Of a DNA stretch of 64,000 nt, positions 29,634-38,898 are shown in pieces. This DNA is from a phage. How positions within the stretch are numbered: the stretch's first letter is position 1; every line of letters starts with the position of its first letter. The translations under genes were made by a program, and so were the position numbers. Under the pieces are notes generated by a model. It saw only the letters and a list, made by a program, of their open reading frames with translations. It was not told the DNA's origin and did no database searches. Location: NCBI GenBank assembly GCA_020619395.1, contig GCA_020619395.1_4860.1; one strand, 5' to 3'.

Positions 29634-30056
29634 TTAGCTATTCCTTTTCACCCAGGCTTGTACCGCTGACTCGAAACCTTCGTGTTCGATACCGAGTCGT
29701 TTCATTGCCAACATAGTGTTGAGGCTATTCGTAATTTCTTCACGGTAGCGATGGTCGTCCATCTTACGCCAACACTTCTCCGGGTCAACACCTAAGCATT
29801 GGAGTAGATACGCCTCACGCACCATACCAGGCCGCCAGAATTTAGGGCGGGTAATCGCGATTTCAATCATGGGCGTCATGTCCAATGTGTGCGCGAGAAT
29901 ACTAACCGGCGTTTCCCCAACTTTATCACGTAGCGCTAAACGTAACCACCACTGAACATTTGCTTTGGTTTCAGGCAACAGGTCGTAGAATAAGGCTGTT
30001 TCTTCTTCTGATAAATGATCGTATAGTGATTTTGTTTCGCGAATAGCGGTAACCAT
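29634..30056 (-). CDS. hypothetical protein
   Basis: 140-aa ORF. Confidence 0.5.
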   Translation of the reverse strand: MVTAIRETKSLYDHLSEEETALFYDLLPETKANVQWWLRLALRDKVGETPVSILAHTLDMTPMIEIAITRPKFWRPGMVREAYLLQCLGVDPEKCWRKMDDHRYREEITNSLNTMLAMKRLGIEHEGFESAVQAWVKRNS

Positions 30057-30067
30057 TTTAATGCTCC

Positions 30068-30331
30068 TTAGGGTAAAGTTGCCTCCCAGTCGTGGTGGTG
30101 AGGCTCAGGCAGCGTACCAAGCGCTGCTTTAATACACGTACTCAGCGGAGTATCATCGAACGCAACACGCCCGATAGTACCCACGTTGATGTGTTTAGGA
30201 TTTACGGGTAAGAACTCCTTCACCCGCTCGTACTCAGCCCAACAGACATCGGTGTTTAAAGCTGAAAACCCAGGACGGTGAAACATAAATAGCACTCCTC
30301 GCGTAAAAATACCCCACTCATAGTGAGGCAT
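30068..30331 (-). CDS. hypothetical protein
   Basis: 87-aa ORF. Confidence 0.4.
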   Translation of the reverse strand: MPHYEWGIFTRGVLFMFHRPGFSALNTDVCWAEYERVKEFLPVNPKHINVGTIGRVAFDDTPLSTCIKAALGTLPEPHHHDWEATLP

Positions 30332-30356
30332 AATCGTAAGGAGTGCTAAAACAGGA

Positions 30357-30872
30357 CTATGCTACCGCAGTCCTTAAAGGTTCATCTGCTTCCGCAAGAA
30401 CCTGCTTCTTAAATTCAAGCCATTGTCCGTCTGTAGAGACGGTCTTGTCAAAACCGCGAGCGGTAAAGAACGCAATACCAGCTTCCTGGCAAGCGTATAT
30501 TCCCCCATGCGCACTGGTGAACTGTTCATTCACATCAAGCGCATCAAAAATCTGCGTCATCGTTTTACGACGGCGTGCCATTTCGGACACGAACATCGTA
30601 CGAATCTTCAGAACCCCAGCGATTACGCGATACAAACAGTAACCAACAGGGGTGCCCCCTTCCAGAGCAACACAAGCACGGTTCCCCGCCAACAGTTTCT
30701 CCAGAGTGAGGTTCGGAATCTCACCTTTTTCGATATGGAGTATGGTACGTTGGTGGTTCAGAAATTTATAATGCAGCCCCAACAGCTGTTTATTTTGTGC
30801 TTCCGTTAAATCTGAGGATGAGGAAAGAATGACAATTTCGGCCATGAGCTGAATTCCTAAGTGAGCTTTCAC
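30357..30872 (-). CDS. hypothetical protein
   Basis: 171-aa ORF; weak GNAT-like C-terminal pattern not convincing. Confidence 0.5.
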   Translation of the reverse strand: MKAHLGIQLMAEIVILSSSSDLTEAQNKQLLGLHYKFLNHQRTILHIEKGEIPNLTLEKLLAGNRACVALEGGTPVGYCLYRVIAGVLKIRTMFVSEMARRRKTMTQIFDALDVNEQFTSAHGGIYACQEAGIAFFTARGFDKTVSTDGQWLEFKKQVLAEADEPLRTAVA

Positions 30873-30991
30873 CTGCGATGAAAGCGAGTAACGAAGAATT
30901 GCGTTTGTGTTTTCTTAAGTTTACCGGTAAAGCTTAGCGGTGTATACCGCCAGAGGTGAAGACCAGTTCTCTATCGGAACCGTGTCTTTAA

Positions 30992-31270
30992 TCAGCAACG
31001 ACGTTGAAAACGTCGCGATGCTGAGGTAACCTTCCGTCGCCACATTCGCTCATGGCGCTTCTGATTACCACGCCAGTCTTCCCCGACTGTACGTGAAACT
31101 GCAAAATCATCCGGCCCGCAGACTTCCGCGATGTCTGCTAGAAGGTTCTTTGAAGACCCTATAGCCATCCCCGCGCTCGAAAGAACGATACGCCGGGTTG
31201 GCTCGGCCGCCCCTGAACCCACGACCACGGGATCAGAGACTGTTTCACTGTTACATGATACTTCTCCCAC
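30992..31270 (-). CDS. hypothetical protein
   Basis: 92-aa ORF. Confidence 0.4.
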   Translation of the reverse strand: MGEVSCNSETVSDPVVVGSGAAEPTRRIVLSSAGMAIGSSKNLLADIAEVCGPDDFAVSRTVGEDWRGNQKRHERMWRRKVTSASRRFQRRC

Positions 31271-31498
31271 TTCGTAAATGTCCTCCTGTTAAAACCAACC
31301 TTGCGTCAATGCAAGGATTGCGCCTAGGGCGTATGCGCCCGCTCCTAGTATCAGGCTACAGACGATACACCCAACCCATTTCACTAAAATAACCATGATG
31401 CCAGAAATGCTCCGATTGCACAGATGATAATCGTAATGCCAAGGTCTGTCCAGGTGGCACCATCATACGCACCTGTTGCAATCATGGCTGCGTTGACA

Positions 31499-31747
31499 CT
31501 ATTCACGACTGTCATAAGCCGGGTCCCTTAAACGCGGGGGCTTGCTCCACAGATTACCGAAGTAAACCCCTTCTAAGAACACCAAAACAACTAAGCCCCA
31601 AAAGGCAGGCGTAGCGCGAGACATGAAAATACCGAGTAGCACCACAGTGTGCATTACCACAACTGCCCAAAACTTTAAACGACCAGGTTTACGTCTTGCC
31701 ATGGAATGCCCATCCTTTCGTGCGGATAATCCAACCCCAGGCACCAC
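31499..31747 (-). CDS. small membrane protein
   Basis: 82-aa ORF (likely start at internal MARRKPG...) with two hydrophobic helices. Confidence 0.45.
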   Translation of the reverse strand: MVPGVGLSARKDGHSMARRKPGRLKFWAVVVMHTVVLLGIFMSRATPAFWGLVVLVFLEGVYFGNLWSKPPRLRDPAYDSRE

Positions 31748-31789
31748 GAATCAACCACAGTGCAATACCGGTTAATACGATACCTTCAA

Positions 31790-31981
31790 TCATGTCCGTT
31801 CCCCTATATCTCGCCACTCACAACGCGTGTCGAACAGACGTTCTTTAAGAGCAGCAGCTAAATAAACGACCGCAGCGATAACCACTACGGTTGCACAAAA
31901 GGAGAGGTACAGTACCATCACAACAAACTGAAGGAACTGAAAACCCCACCAAGCCCATAAGCGCCAACCTTTATGATGCAT
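31790..31981 (-). CDS. small membrane protein
   Basis: 63-aa ORF, Trp-rich N-terminus and TM helix. Confidence 0.4.
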   Translation of the reverse strand: MHHKGWRLWAWWGFQFLQFVVMVLYLSFCATVVVIAAVVYLAAALKERLFDTRCEWRDIGERT

Positions 31982-34481
31982 ATTTGATTATTACCCCTTC
32001 GTTATAAACCGGTGGAAGCGTTACACCTTCTGGCTCCACGACACAGTAGGTGGCTTCGTTAAGTTTAGAATGAACTTCCGCTTCATGCGAAACGACCAGC
32101 AATTGAGAAAACTCTCCCGACAACGCCAACGATTTAATGAAGTTGACCAGTCGATTTTTGTGTTCTTCATCCATGCCTTCAGAGGGTTCATCCAATAACA
32201 AAGGATAGTTTTGTAAACCAAGCGCTTTATACGCCGTTAAACGAAACATCATGTTAAAGATAATACGCTGTGCCTTCGAACCTTTCTTCACATCCGGCAC
32301 CAGTTCTTCATGGTCTTTTAATCGCACCGGGAAAGTATAATCCAAATCCCCGTCGGTTAGATCGCATGGAATAACCTGCATCGGATATGCCCACACCATT
32401 TCGATATACCGATTCATTAAATCCATGATGCGGGTAATCGCAGCATAAAAGTAACGACGCAATAATCCTTTTTCGGGTGAGACGGCATTGATAATCAATC
32501 TGGCATGATGGTGTTCTTTGAGCAACTCAGCTTGCTCTTTTTCCAATTCCGCTAAACGTGCAATAGCCCCTTCCATTTGACGAAACCGTTCACGAGCGGA
32601 AGTGTACGCATCGAGCTTCGCTTCGCGTCGGTTTAACAACTCGCGAACCACGACGTTGTTAACGGAGATGTTCATTTCCGATACCAGATGTTCGTAGCCT
32701 TTTTGGAAACGTTCGATTGCTTCTTTGGTTTGTTGCAGTTGGGTGGTTTCGCGTTCCAGCTCATTGGCTTGTCTGCGGTATTCTATCAGTCGACGGTTAG
32801 CCCCGTCCAGTTGTGAACGGATATGTTCAATTTTCTGGCTCAGCGCACCATCAACGTTACCTACTGCGGCAACAGCCTCTTGCCATTCCCGTTCCGCTGT
32901 TGCAAGCTTCGCCGATTGACGCAGATACATCATGGCCGAATCTAGCTCTTCAGTAAAGGCACGTGCAATGGCACCATAACGATCCCGCGCCGTGGTGAAG
33001 ATATCCAGCTCCTGCAGTTTACGGAAAAACAAACCGACAACAGGATGGTTGGAATACGACATGACGATTTCGCGAATCGTACGTAAGCTACGGACGTCCT
33101 CTTCAATCTCTTTGCGGTCACGCAAAAGACTATCCATTTCGTCTTTCAGCTGCTTCTTCCAACCTTCATTATCGTTGATGGCCTTTTCAATTTCAGGTAA
33201 CGACTTACGAATCCCAGGACGGAAACGGTGGTTACACTGTGGACAATCAACTTCTGCAGTTTCTAAGAAGTGTTGACGGTCGTGGTATAAACCGTGTAGC
33301 ACATTCTCACAACGTTGCAGCTTTTCAGATAGACCCGCAGAGGTTAAATCCATACCCTGTAAACGCTTCTCTAACGCTCCCAGGCGATCTGTTGTCTTTA
33401 ACTGGTCCAGATGCATGGACAACGGTAAATTCCAGTTACAGGCATCGTTTAACGCGTTCTGAATGCTATCCACATCAATGCGGGTACCTTCAAACAGAGC
33501 CGGGAACATCCAGTTCTGTTGGAACGTTGCCAGTTCCTGTTTTAAGCTGTCGATTGTTTGTTTTAGACCGGTATGGTTGCGCATCAGATACGCTTGACGC
33601 GACTCCTCATCCAGTAGCTGTGACAACTCTTTATTGTACATGTTGCATTCAGTTTCAGCAGAGGCAGCTTGCTCACGCCAGGCAACTACACGACTTTGAA
33701 ACTCGTTAATCAGTTCGTCAGAAGGCAGAACACCATAACGTTCCATAATGAGTTTTACAGCCGGTTGCAACGAAGCAATGCGTTTCCGGATACTATCAAC
33801 CGAAACGGCGTTATCTAAACCGGGTCTCGCTTCAATGGTACGGTTTAGTTCCTGAAGCTCAGCATCGAGTTCTTTCAAACGAACTTCTAAACGTGCACGA
33901 TCTTCTTCATCATCAACGACGCGCATTTTTGCTTCGCCGATTTTTCGTCCGGTGTGCTCAATGGCCCCACTTAAACTGGAAGCGAGTTTACGCAAACGTC
34001 GATAGCAACCAACAACGTACGTCAGATCAGATTCTGACATTAACGTAAACCATTTACGACGAACTTCGGTAGTGGCGTCAGTTAATAAGGTCTCACCATT
34101 AATTAACTCTTTGATTTCTTTGGTGATTCCGGTTAATTGCTCCACCATGGAGTTGTAAACTTTGGCGTTTACCGAGTCTACGATGGAGACACCTTTAGTG
34201 ATATTGAAAATACTACAAGACAAAGAAGAGCCACGACGCAGGACTTCAAACTTAAGACGGTCGTCCCCAACTAACGCGTAGTTAGTGTAGGAACCACCTT
34301 CACGGAATTCTGATTTTGCTGGAGCTAAGGGGAGAAAAACAGATAGGAGGCTTGTTTTACCGCAGCCGTTGCCACCGAGGATGATGGTAACGGTTGACTT
34401 AAGGGTGAAATCAAACGTTTCGATTTCATGTAACCCCATGCCGGTAAATCCTTTCAAAATGATACGTTCGACCTTGAGCAT
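31971..34481 (-). CDS. SbcC/Rad50-like recombination ATPase
   Basis: N-terminal Walker A GGNGCGKTS, long coiled-coil, central CPQC zinc-hook-like motif, C-terminal signature/Walker B LLLDEPSEGMD...VVSHE. Confidence 0.75.
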   Translation of the reverse strand: MLKVERIILKGFTGMGLHEIETFDFTLKSTVTIILGGNGCGKTSLLSVFLPLAPAKSEFREGGSYTNYALVGDDRLKFEVLRRGSSLSCSIFNITKGVSIVDSVNAKVYNSMVEQLTGITKEIKELINGETLLTDATTEVRRKWFTLMSESDLTYVVGCYRRLRKLASSLSGAIEHTGRKIGEAKMRVVDDEEDRARLEVRLKELDAELQELNRTIEARPGLDNAVSVDSIRKRIASLQPAVKLIMERYGVLPSDELINEFQSRVVAWREQAASAETECNMYNKELSQLLDEESRQAYLMRNHTGLKQTIDSLKQELATFQQNWMFPALFEGTRIDVDSIQNALNDACNWNLPLSMHLDQLKTTDRLGALEKRLQGMDLTSAGLSEKLQRCENVLHGLYHDRQHFLETAEVDCPQCNHRFRPGIRKSLPEIEKAINDNEGWKKQLKDEMDSLLRDRKEIEEDVRSLRTIREIVMSYSNHPVVGLFFRKLQELDIFTTARDRYGAIARAFTEELDSAMMYLRQSAKLATAEREWQEAVAAVGNVDGALSQKIEHIRSQLDGANRRLIEYRRQANELERETTQLQQTKEAIERFQKGYEHLVSEMNISVNNVVVRELLNRREAKLDAYTSARERFRQMEGAIARLAELEKEQAELLKEHHHARLIINAVSPEKGLLRRYFYAAITRIMDLMNRYIEMVWAYPMQVIPCDLTDGDLDYTFPVRLKDHEELVPDVKKGSKAQRIIFNMMFRLTAYKALGLQNYPLLLDEPSEGMDEEHKNRLVNFIKSLALSGEFSQLLVVSHEAEVHSKLNEATYCVVEPEGVTLPPVYNEGVIIKYAS

Positions 34482-34529
34482 GTTTGCCTTCTAATGAGAA
34501 AGTATTAGTCGTTCATATCCAAAAGGTCA

Positions 34530-34567
34530 TGCGTAAAAAAGAAGAAATGGAACCCCGAAGGGTTCCA
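34530..34567 (-). terminator. rho-independent terminator
   Basis: stem ggaaccc/gggttcc with cgaa loop, T-run on minus. Confidence 0.55.
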
Positions 34568-34577
34568 GAGAGGAGAG

Positions 34578-35204
34578 TTATTGCGGAATAAACTTACGGT
34601 GTCCGAGTGATTCCCAAAAACTATCGGTGCGCTCTTTGGTTAATTCGTACCACGCACGTCCGGCATCAGAATCGACAACCTTTAACGTTTCAGTAAGCAG
34701 GAATTTGAACAGTTCTGCGCTACGACCCGGTGCCACGCCGTCGAGATATATCGGGATTAAATAACCGGTTTTGATTTCTTCGTACGGTTGCGATTGGTGC
34801 TGGCCAACAACCCAGGCATCAGCAGCGCTACCGACCAAAGTGGTGTTTACAGTCAACTCATCAGAAATCCAGTTAACTGTATCAGCCATTATTGAATCGC
34901 CATTGACGTAGAAGAAAACTAAACGTTTAGGTTGCTCCACCGAACCAGCCAAATCTAATGCAGTGGTTCCGGTAAAGATCGTATTGTTAGGGTTACGTTC
35001 CGCAATAGGTAGAGCAAACCACGCTTCTAGCTGTTCCCAGCTACGCGGCAGTGCTTCTTTAAACCACTTCACCAATCGCGGGTATTCCAGAAACCCTTCT
35101 ACCTCTTCTTCCATCAGATTGATACGCAGTTTGGTATCCTGACGATTCGCTTTCTGACACGTCACCATGTCGTCGATGAAACGAATCAGGGTAATCTCGT
35201 TCAT
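34578..35204 (-). CDS. hypothetical protein
   Basis: 208-aa ORF; lacks Mre11/SbcD phosphoesterase motifs. Confidence 0.5.
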   Translation of the reverse strand: MNEITLIRFIDDMVTCQKANRQDTKLRINLMEEEVEGFLEYPRLVKWFKEALPRSWEQLEAWFALPIAERNPNNTIFTGTTALDLAGSVEQPKRLVFFYVNGDSIMADTVNWISDELTVNTTLVGSAADAWVVGQHQSQPYEEIKTGYLIPIYLDGVAPGRSAELFKFLLTETLKVVDSDAGRAWYELTKERTDSFWESLGHRKFIPQ

Positions 35205-35214
35205 GTTTAATCCT

Positions 35215-35251
35215 TCTTCAACAAAAAAAGAAGGTAGCCCGTAGGCTACCT
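35215..35251 (-). terminator. rho-independent terminator
   Basis: stem ggtagcc/ggctacc, T-run on minus. Confidence 0.55.
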
Positions 35252-35258
35252 CTCGTAT

Positions 35259-35825
35259 TTACAGCCCCATATGCATAAGGGAAATGATTGGGACCTTACG
35301 GCCACGAATCATTGCATATGGTTCGTACATTTGTGCGTTAGTTTCGAATAACTCACAGGCCGGAATACGGTCACCGGTGGAAAGTTGTAAGACTTCGATT
35401 TGGTCGCCCCAGAAATTGTTTACTAATACGTGGTCGACGGTGTTGTCTTCACGACCTTCAGGGGTTTTGCAATAAGTGGCTGCGGCGTACCAACCTTTGC
35501 GGTATACTTCATAACCCGCATGAAGCATCCGATAGTACGGACGTAGCTGTGGGGCATTCAACGCAGCATCTAACCATTCGCTGTGGATGCTGTTAATCAA
35601 TACGGTTGCTTCTGCTGGCCAGTCGGTGCGATTGAGGGTTAACTCGCCTAACAACTTCAACTTCCAGCCAGTGGAAAGAATGGCACGGGTACGTTCGGGA
35701 TTGACGTTCATCTGAGTAAAGAAAGAAGAACGGGTATCGTCGAGAATGTTCATGTTCATTTGCTTAATCCTTACGAGTAATAGTCGATTAAAAAGGACCC
35801 TGCGGCTAAGTGTTGGGGAAATCAC
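35259..35825 (-). CDS. hypothetical protein
   Basis: 188-aa ORF. Confidence 0.5.
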   Translation of the reverse strand: MISPTLSRRVLFNRLLLVRIKQMNMNILDDTRSSFFTQMNVNPERTRAILSTGWKLKLLGELTLNRTDWPAEATVLINSIHSEWLDAALNAPQLRPYYRMLHAGYEVYRKGWYAAATYCKTPEGREDNTVDHVLVNNFWGDQIEVLQLSTGDRIPACELFETNAQMYEPYAMIRGRKVPIISLMHMGL

Positions 35826-35863
35826 CGCAGGGCCAAAGTGAGATGGGTCGTCATCTCACGTTA

Positions 35864-35878
35864 TAACATCTGTCTGAA
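35864..35878. promoter_or_regulatory. degenerate copy of intergenic motif (ATAACATCTGTCTGA)
   Basis: matches ATAACATCTATCTG at 41449 and the AGATAATATCT family. Confidence 0.3.
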
Positions 35879-35888
35879 AACTTTTCGG

Positions 35889-36272
35889 TTACTGGTCGAG
35901 CGCTACTGAACCACGCACCACCCCTTGCTGTTCAATAACCAGGAGGCGTTGTTTGGTTTTCGTATTGTAAGCGAGCGACGCGCGAAGCGTCGGGTCGCAC
36001 GTTATTGTCTCTACTGGCACAATCTCTTGTGCCTTTGAGTTCAACAGAAAGTAGTAACCTGCCGGACAAGTTTCCTCGCCCTTTGCGTGGACTAGGATGT
36101 ACTCGTCGTGCCGGCTGACTTCTTCACATCTACCATCGTCGCCAGTACAGACTTCGAACGAAGGCGGGTTGTACTGATACGGTGTACCTGGTAGTAAATC
36201 TTCTACGCTGGTTGTAGCTGAAGCAGAAGCGGTAAAGAACACCGCCACGATAATACCCATAAATCCACGCAT
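35889..36272 (-). CDS. exported Cys-containing protein (paralogue family member 1)
   Basis: signal peptide ...ASASA; motif VC-x8-C-x-V ... C-P-A-G shared with neighbours. Confidence 0.5.
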   Translation of the reverse strand: MRGFMGIIVAVFFTASASATTSVEDLLPGTPYQYNPPSFEVCTGDDGRCEEVSRHDEYILVHAKGEETCPAGYYFLLNSKAQEIVPVETITCDPTLRASLAYNTKTKQRLLVIEQQGVVRGSVALDQ

Positions 36273-36285
36273 GTTGTTTCCTTAC

Positions 36286-36696
36286 TTAAAAGTCGAGTTT
36301 ATTGATGCCTACATTTTTCTTAATCGTAGGGTCATACATGATAACCGTCAGGGCATTATCGCCTGGGTCGCGAGTAAACTCGGCAACGGCTTCACCACTG
36401 CAGGCTTGGTTATCATTATAGTTCATGGATTCGGCTTGCCCGGTTGCCATGTTAATGACCCCGTATTCAGGGTCGCCACATGCGACACCGCCCATCGTTT
36501 TCACTAAGAGATAACGGTTGTTATCGGACATCGCAACGATCTGGCAGCTACCGCCTTGTACGTCAGAGTTCTGGCACCAGAACTCTCCGCCGTATTCGTG
36601 ATCGTTAACAACTTTTGGTAACTCGATACTTCCAGCGCGAGCGAAGAAGCTAATGGCCAGAGTAGCAAGTAAAACTGGTAATAAAAAATGTTTCAT
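36286..36696 (-). CDS. exported Cys-containing protein (paralogue family member 2)
   Basis: signal peptide ...FFARA; motif FWC-x8-C-x-IV ... ACGDP. Confidence 0.5.
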   Translation of the reverse strand: MKHFLLPVLLATLAISFFARAGSIELPKVVNDHEYGGEFWCQNSDVQGGSCQIVAMSDNNRYLLVKTMGGVACGDPEYGVINMATGQAESMNYNDNQACSGEAVAEFTRDPGDNALTVIMYDPTIKKNVGINKLDF

Positions 36697-36718
36697 AATA
36701 GCACCTCAATTTTTTGAG

Positions 36719-37210
36719 TTATTCTGAATAGTCGATTGTTTTGATGGTTTCCATACCGTAGTACATAGCGATGGAGGCCAGAGTTTTGGTATCCGGTCGC
36801 TGTACAAAACCGGCCCTGAAATCTTTGCTGCAAATTTTCTCCACTGATAGTTCATCACGATTAGGGATAAGCCATAACGCGTCACCATTGTGACGGTCGA
36901 CTGCACCCCACCAACCACCTGGGCAATCTTTATCGCCCGGACGGTGTACGATAGCGACACGACCGTTGAAGGATATGTCAACTACACGACACTGTTTCTT
37001 AAGCAGCTTACGCGCATTGCACCAGAACGGCTTATCATTAAGATTGATGGTGCGGGTATATGCTGGAATGCTGCCGTTAATACTGCCCTGGAACCCGCTG
37101 AATTCGTCAGCGCGTGCCTTAGAAATCCGTAGCCCAACAACAACTGACATCAACAGCACAGTAAAAAGCACCACTTTGGCCAAGTGGCGATTAACGTTAT
37201 TGCATTTCAT
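36719..37210 (-). CDS. exported Cys-containing protein (paralogue family member 3)
   Basis: likely start at internal MKCNN (ORF track extends to 37255); signal/anchor ...SKARA; motif FWC-x8-C-x-VV ... DCPGG. Confidence 0.5.
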   Translation of the reverse strand: MKCNNVNRHLAKVVLFTVLLMSVVVGLRISKARADEFSGFQGSINGSIPAYTRTINLNDKPFWCNARKLLKKQCRVVDISFNGRVAIVHRPGDKDCPGGWWGAVDRHNGDALWLIPNRDELSVEKICSKDFRAGFVQRPDTKTLASIAMYYGMETIKTIDYSE

Positions 37211-37598
37211 TTTTGATATCTCCACGATTGAGGGTGATGCGACCGACGAGCACATCGTTGTGATAAAAGCTCACAGCAACCATATTCGGTAATTCCAGTG
37301 GTGACACACTGACCGAGGTGACTTTTGGTTGATTGCACGATATGTCAATCAACCGCTGATACATTTTCAATTTCTTATCAGCGATAACCAGCCCTGTGCA
37401 GTTCTTACCGTCCGTCAGTCTGTAGATTTGTAACTGTTCGACCTCACGCATCAGTTCCGGTTTTTCATTCGGCGCAATGCCATAATCCGAATCAGCTGAT
37501 GTGTATTCAGTCACGTCTGGCTTATCGAAAGCATAAGTTGCTGCAATACCACATGCGGCCAGAACTACTACTGCTTGTAAGAACTTCTTGATAGTCAT
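37197..37598 (-). CDS. putative lipoprotein
   Basis: N-terminal signal with lipobox VLAACG; 133 aa. Confidence 0.5.
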   Translation of the reverse strand: MTIKKFLQAVVVLAACGIAATYAFDKPDVTEYTSADSDYGIAPNEKPELMREVEQLQIYRLTDGKNCTGLVIADKKLKMYQRLIDISCNQPKVTSVSVSPLELPNMVAVSFYHNDVLVGRITLNRGDIKNEMQ

Positions 37599-37615
37599 GT
37601 TTTACTCTATAGTCG

Positions 37616-37653
37616 ATTGGTTTAAAAAAGAATAGGCTACCCGAGGGTAGCCA
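37616..37653 (-). terminator. rho-independent terminator
   Basis: stem ggctacc/ggtagcc with cgag loop; T-run on minus. Confidence 0.55.
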
Positions 37654-37703
37654 GTTGAGTTAATCTCTTAACTCTCACCTAGGTAATATATATCTGAGAT
37701 ATT

Positions 37704-38300
37704 TTACAATGTGAAGGTTGTGTTAAGAATACGAAAACCCAATGCTCGCTTAGCGATTTGCATATTTGCAGGCGTGAAGTCCACCAGTTTGATTTGAACG
37801 ATCGATAAATCGTAAAGCTTGTGAAGCACTTCGATTTTGTGTCGCCAATCTGTTTTTTGGTGCAGCTCTATCGTCGTCGGTAACTCACCCAGTCTCGGCA
37901 ACTGCGCCCCAAGTAAACGATGATGGACTTTACCGTTTATAGTTGGGGTGCCTTCCGTGACCATCAGTCGCGCATCGATGTAGTTATTTCGCTTAGCGTA
38001 CTCCATAAAAGTTTTGACATTTATCTTTTCCTCGTATAGAATGCTGCGAAAGTATTCGTAAATGATGTGTCCTGCCTCCCTACCGCTTTCCGAGTCTGGA
38101 ATAACCTTATCGATGAAAATCGCAGAGACCACTTCGCTCCCACGCGAATGCATTGTAATGACCCTATCCCCGTGCTCTGCGGCAGTTAATAATCCACTCA
38201 CATCAAGCCCCACCGGAAACAAGCCACGACTACGCATTACGTGCAGGTCTTCTAACTTGTTCTCTTGCAGTCGTAAAATACGTTCTGTCATATACCACAC
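37704..38300 (-). CDS. hypothetical protein
   Basis: 198-aa ORF. Confidence 0.5.
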   Translation of the reverse strand: MWYMTERILRLQENKLEDLHVMRSRGLFPVGLDVSGLLTAAEHGDRVITMHSRGSEVVSAIFIDKVIPDSESGREAGHIIYEYFRSILYEEKINVKTFMEYAKRNNYIDARLMVTEGTPTINGKVHHRLLGAQLPRLGELPTTIELHQKTDWRHKIEVLHKLYDLSIVQIKLVDFTPANMQIAKRALGFRILNTTFTL

Positions 38301-38319
38301 CTCAAATTAATTTGAGTTA

Positions 38320-38366
38320 AGTGTAAAAAATAAGAGGACTCCAGTAACCGCGAGGGTTACTGGAGA
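38320..38366 (-). terminator. rho-independent terminator
   Basis: stem ctccagtaacc/ggttactggag, T-run on minus. Confidence 0.55.
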
Positions 38367-38370
38367 TAAA

Positions 38371-38898
38371 CTACACACTCAACGTTTCAATGAATTTGAT
38401 GCGCGCTGGGTGAAATGTGTGATAAACAGTTACTGGCGCGTGCGGGCCTTCGGCTGCGTGTATTGCGCCATCGTATCCGCTCAGCAACAGATGGTCATAT
38501 ATCGCACTACAGTTATACGCCACCGATGCCCATAGTGGTAACTTGTCAAACTCTTTAGGGTGTTGGTGGTAAACCTCCATCAAACCCTTTTCAGGATGAC
38601 TCTCTTGGATACGCTCCCACTCATTTGTTTCAATGAGCAAGTTCCCTTTCTTCTGTGCAACTGTCTGGTATTGATGCGGGGAAAGAATCTCGCGGAAATT
38701 ACCGATATCGACGAACGGGTCAGTAGGATCGTTGATAAATGGATTGGTGATTTCCAAAGAAACGTGGTTGATTAGCCAGCTGGGATTCGCTTTAACAATT
38801 TCAGCAGGGACATCGATGTCTTTATAGACAACTTGAGAACGTGAAAGGTTAGCCTCAACAAACGGCTTATCAGTAACAATATAACCTTCGAGTTTCAT
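38371..38898 (-). CDS. hypothetical protein
   Basis: 175-aa ORF. Confidence 0.5.
   Translation of the reverse strand: MKLEGYIVTDKPFVEANLSRSQVVYKDIDVPAEIVKANPSWLINHVSLEITNPFINDPTDPFVDIGNFREILSPHQYQTVAQKKGNLLIETNEWERIQESHPEKGLMEVYHQHPKEFDKLPLWASVAYNCSAIYDHLLLSGYDGAIHAAEGPHAPVTVYHTFHPARIKFIETLSV

Noticed and set aside
30357-30872. GNAT acetyltransferase call for the 171-aa protein
   Set aside because: No Gly-rich acetyl-CoA-binding motif (R/Q-x-x-G-x-G/A); resemblance limited to a short C-terminal stretch.
31273-31515. Two tiny translationally coupled hydrophobic peptides (43 aa and 31 aa) read initially in this gap
   Set aside because: Re-reading the codons across the line boundary showed a frame error; the actual ORF is a single 54-aa reading frame ending near 31351, below the ORF-track threshold and of uncertain coding status.
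34578-35825. Mre11/SbcD partner of the SbcC-like ATPase among the flanking genes
   Set aside because: Neither flanking ORF shows the D-x-H ... GD-x-x-D ... GNH(D/E) phosphoesterase motifs.
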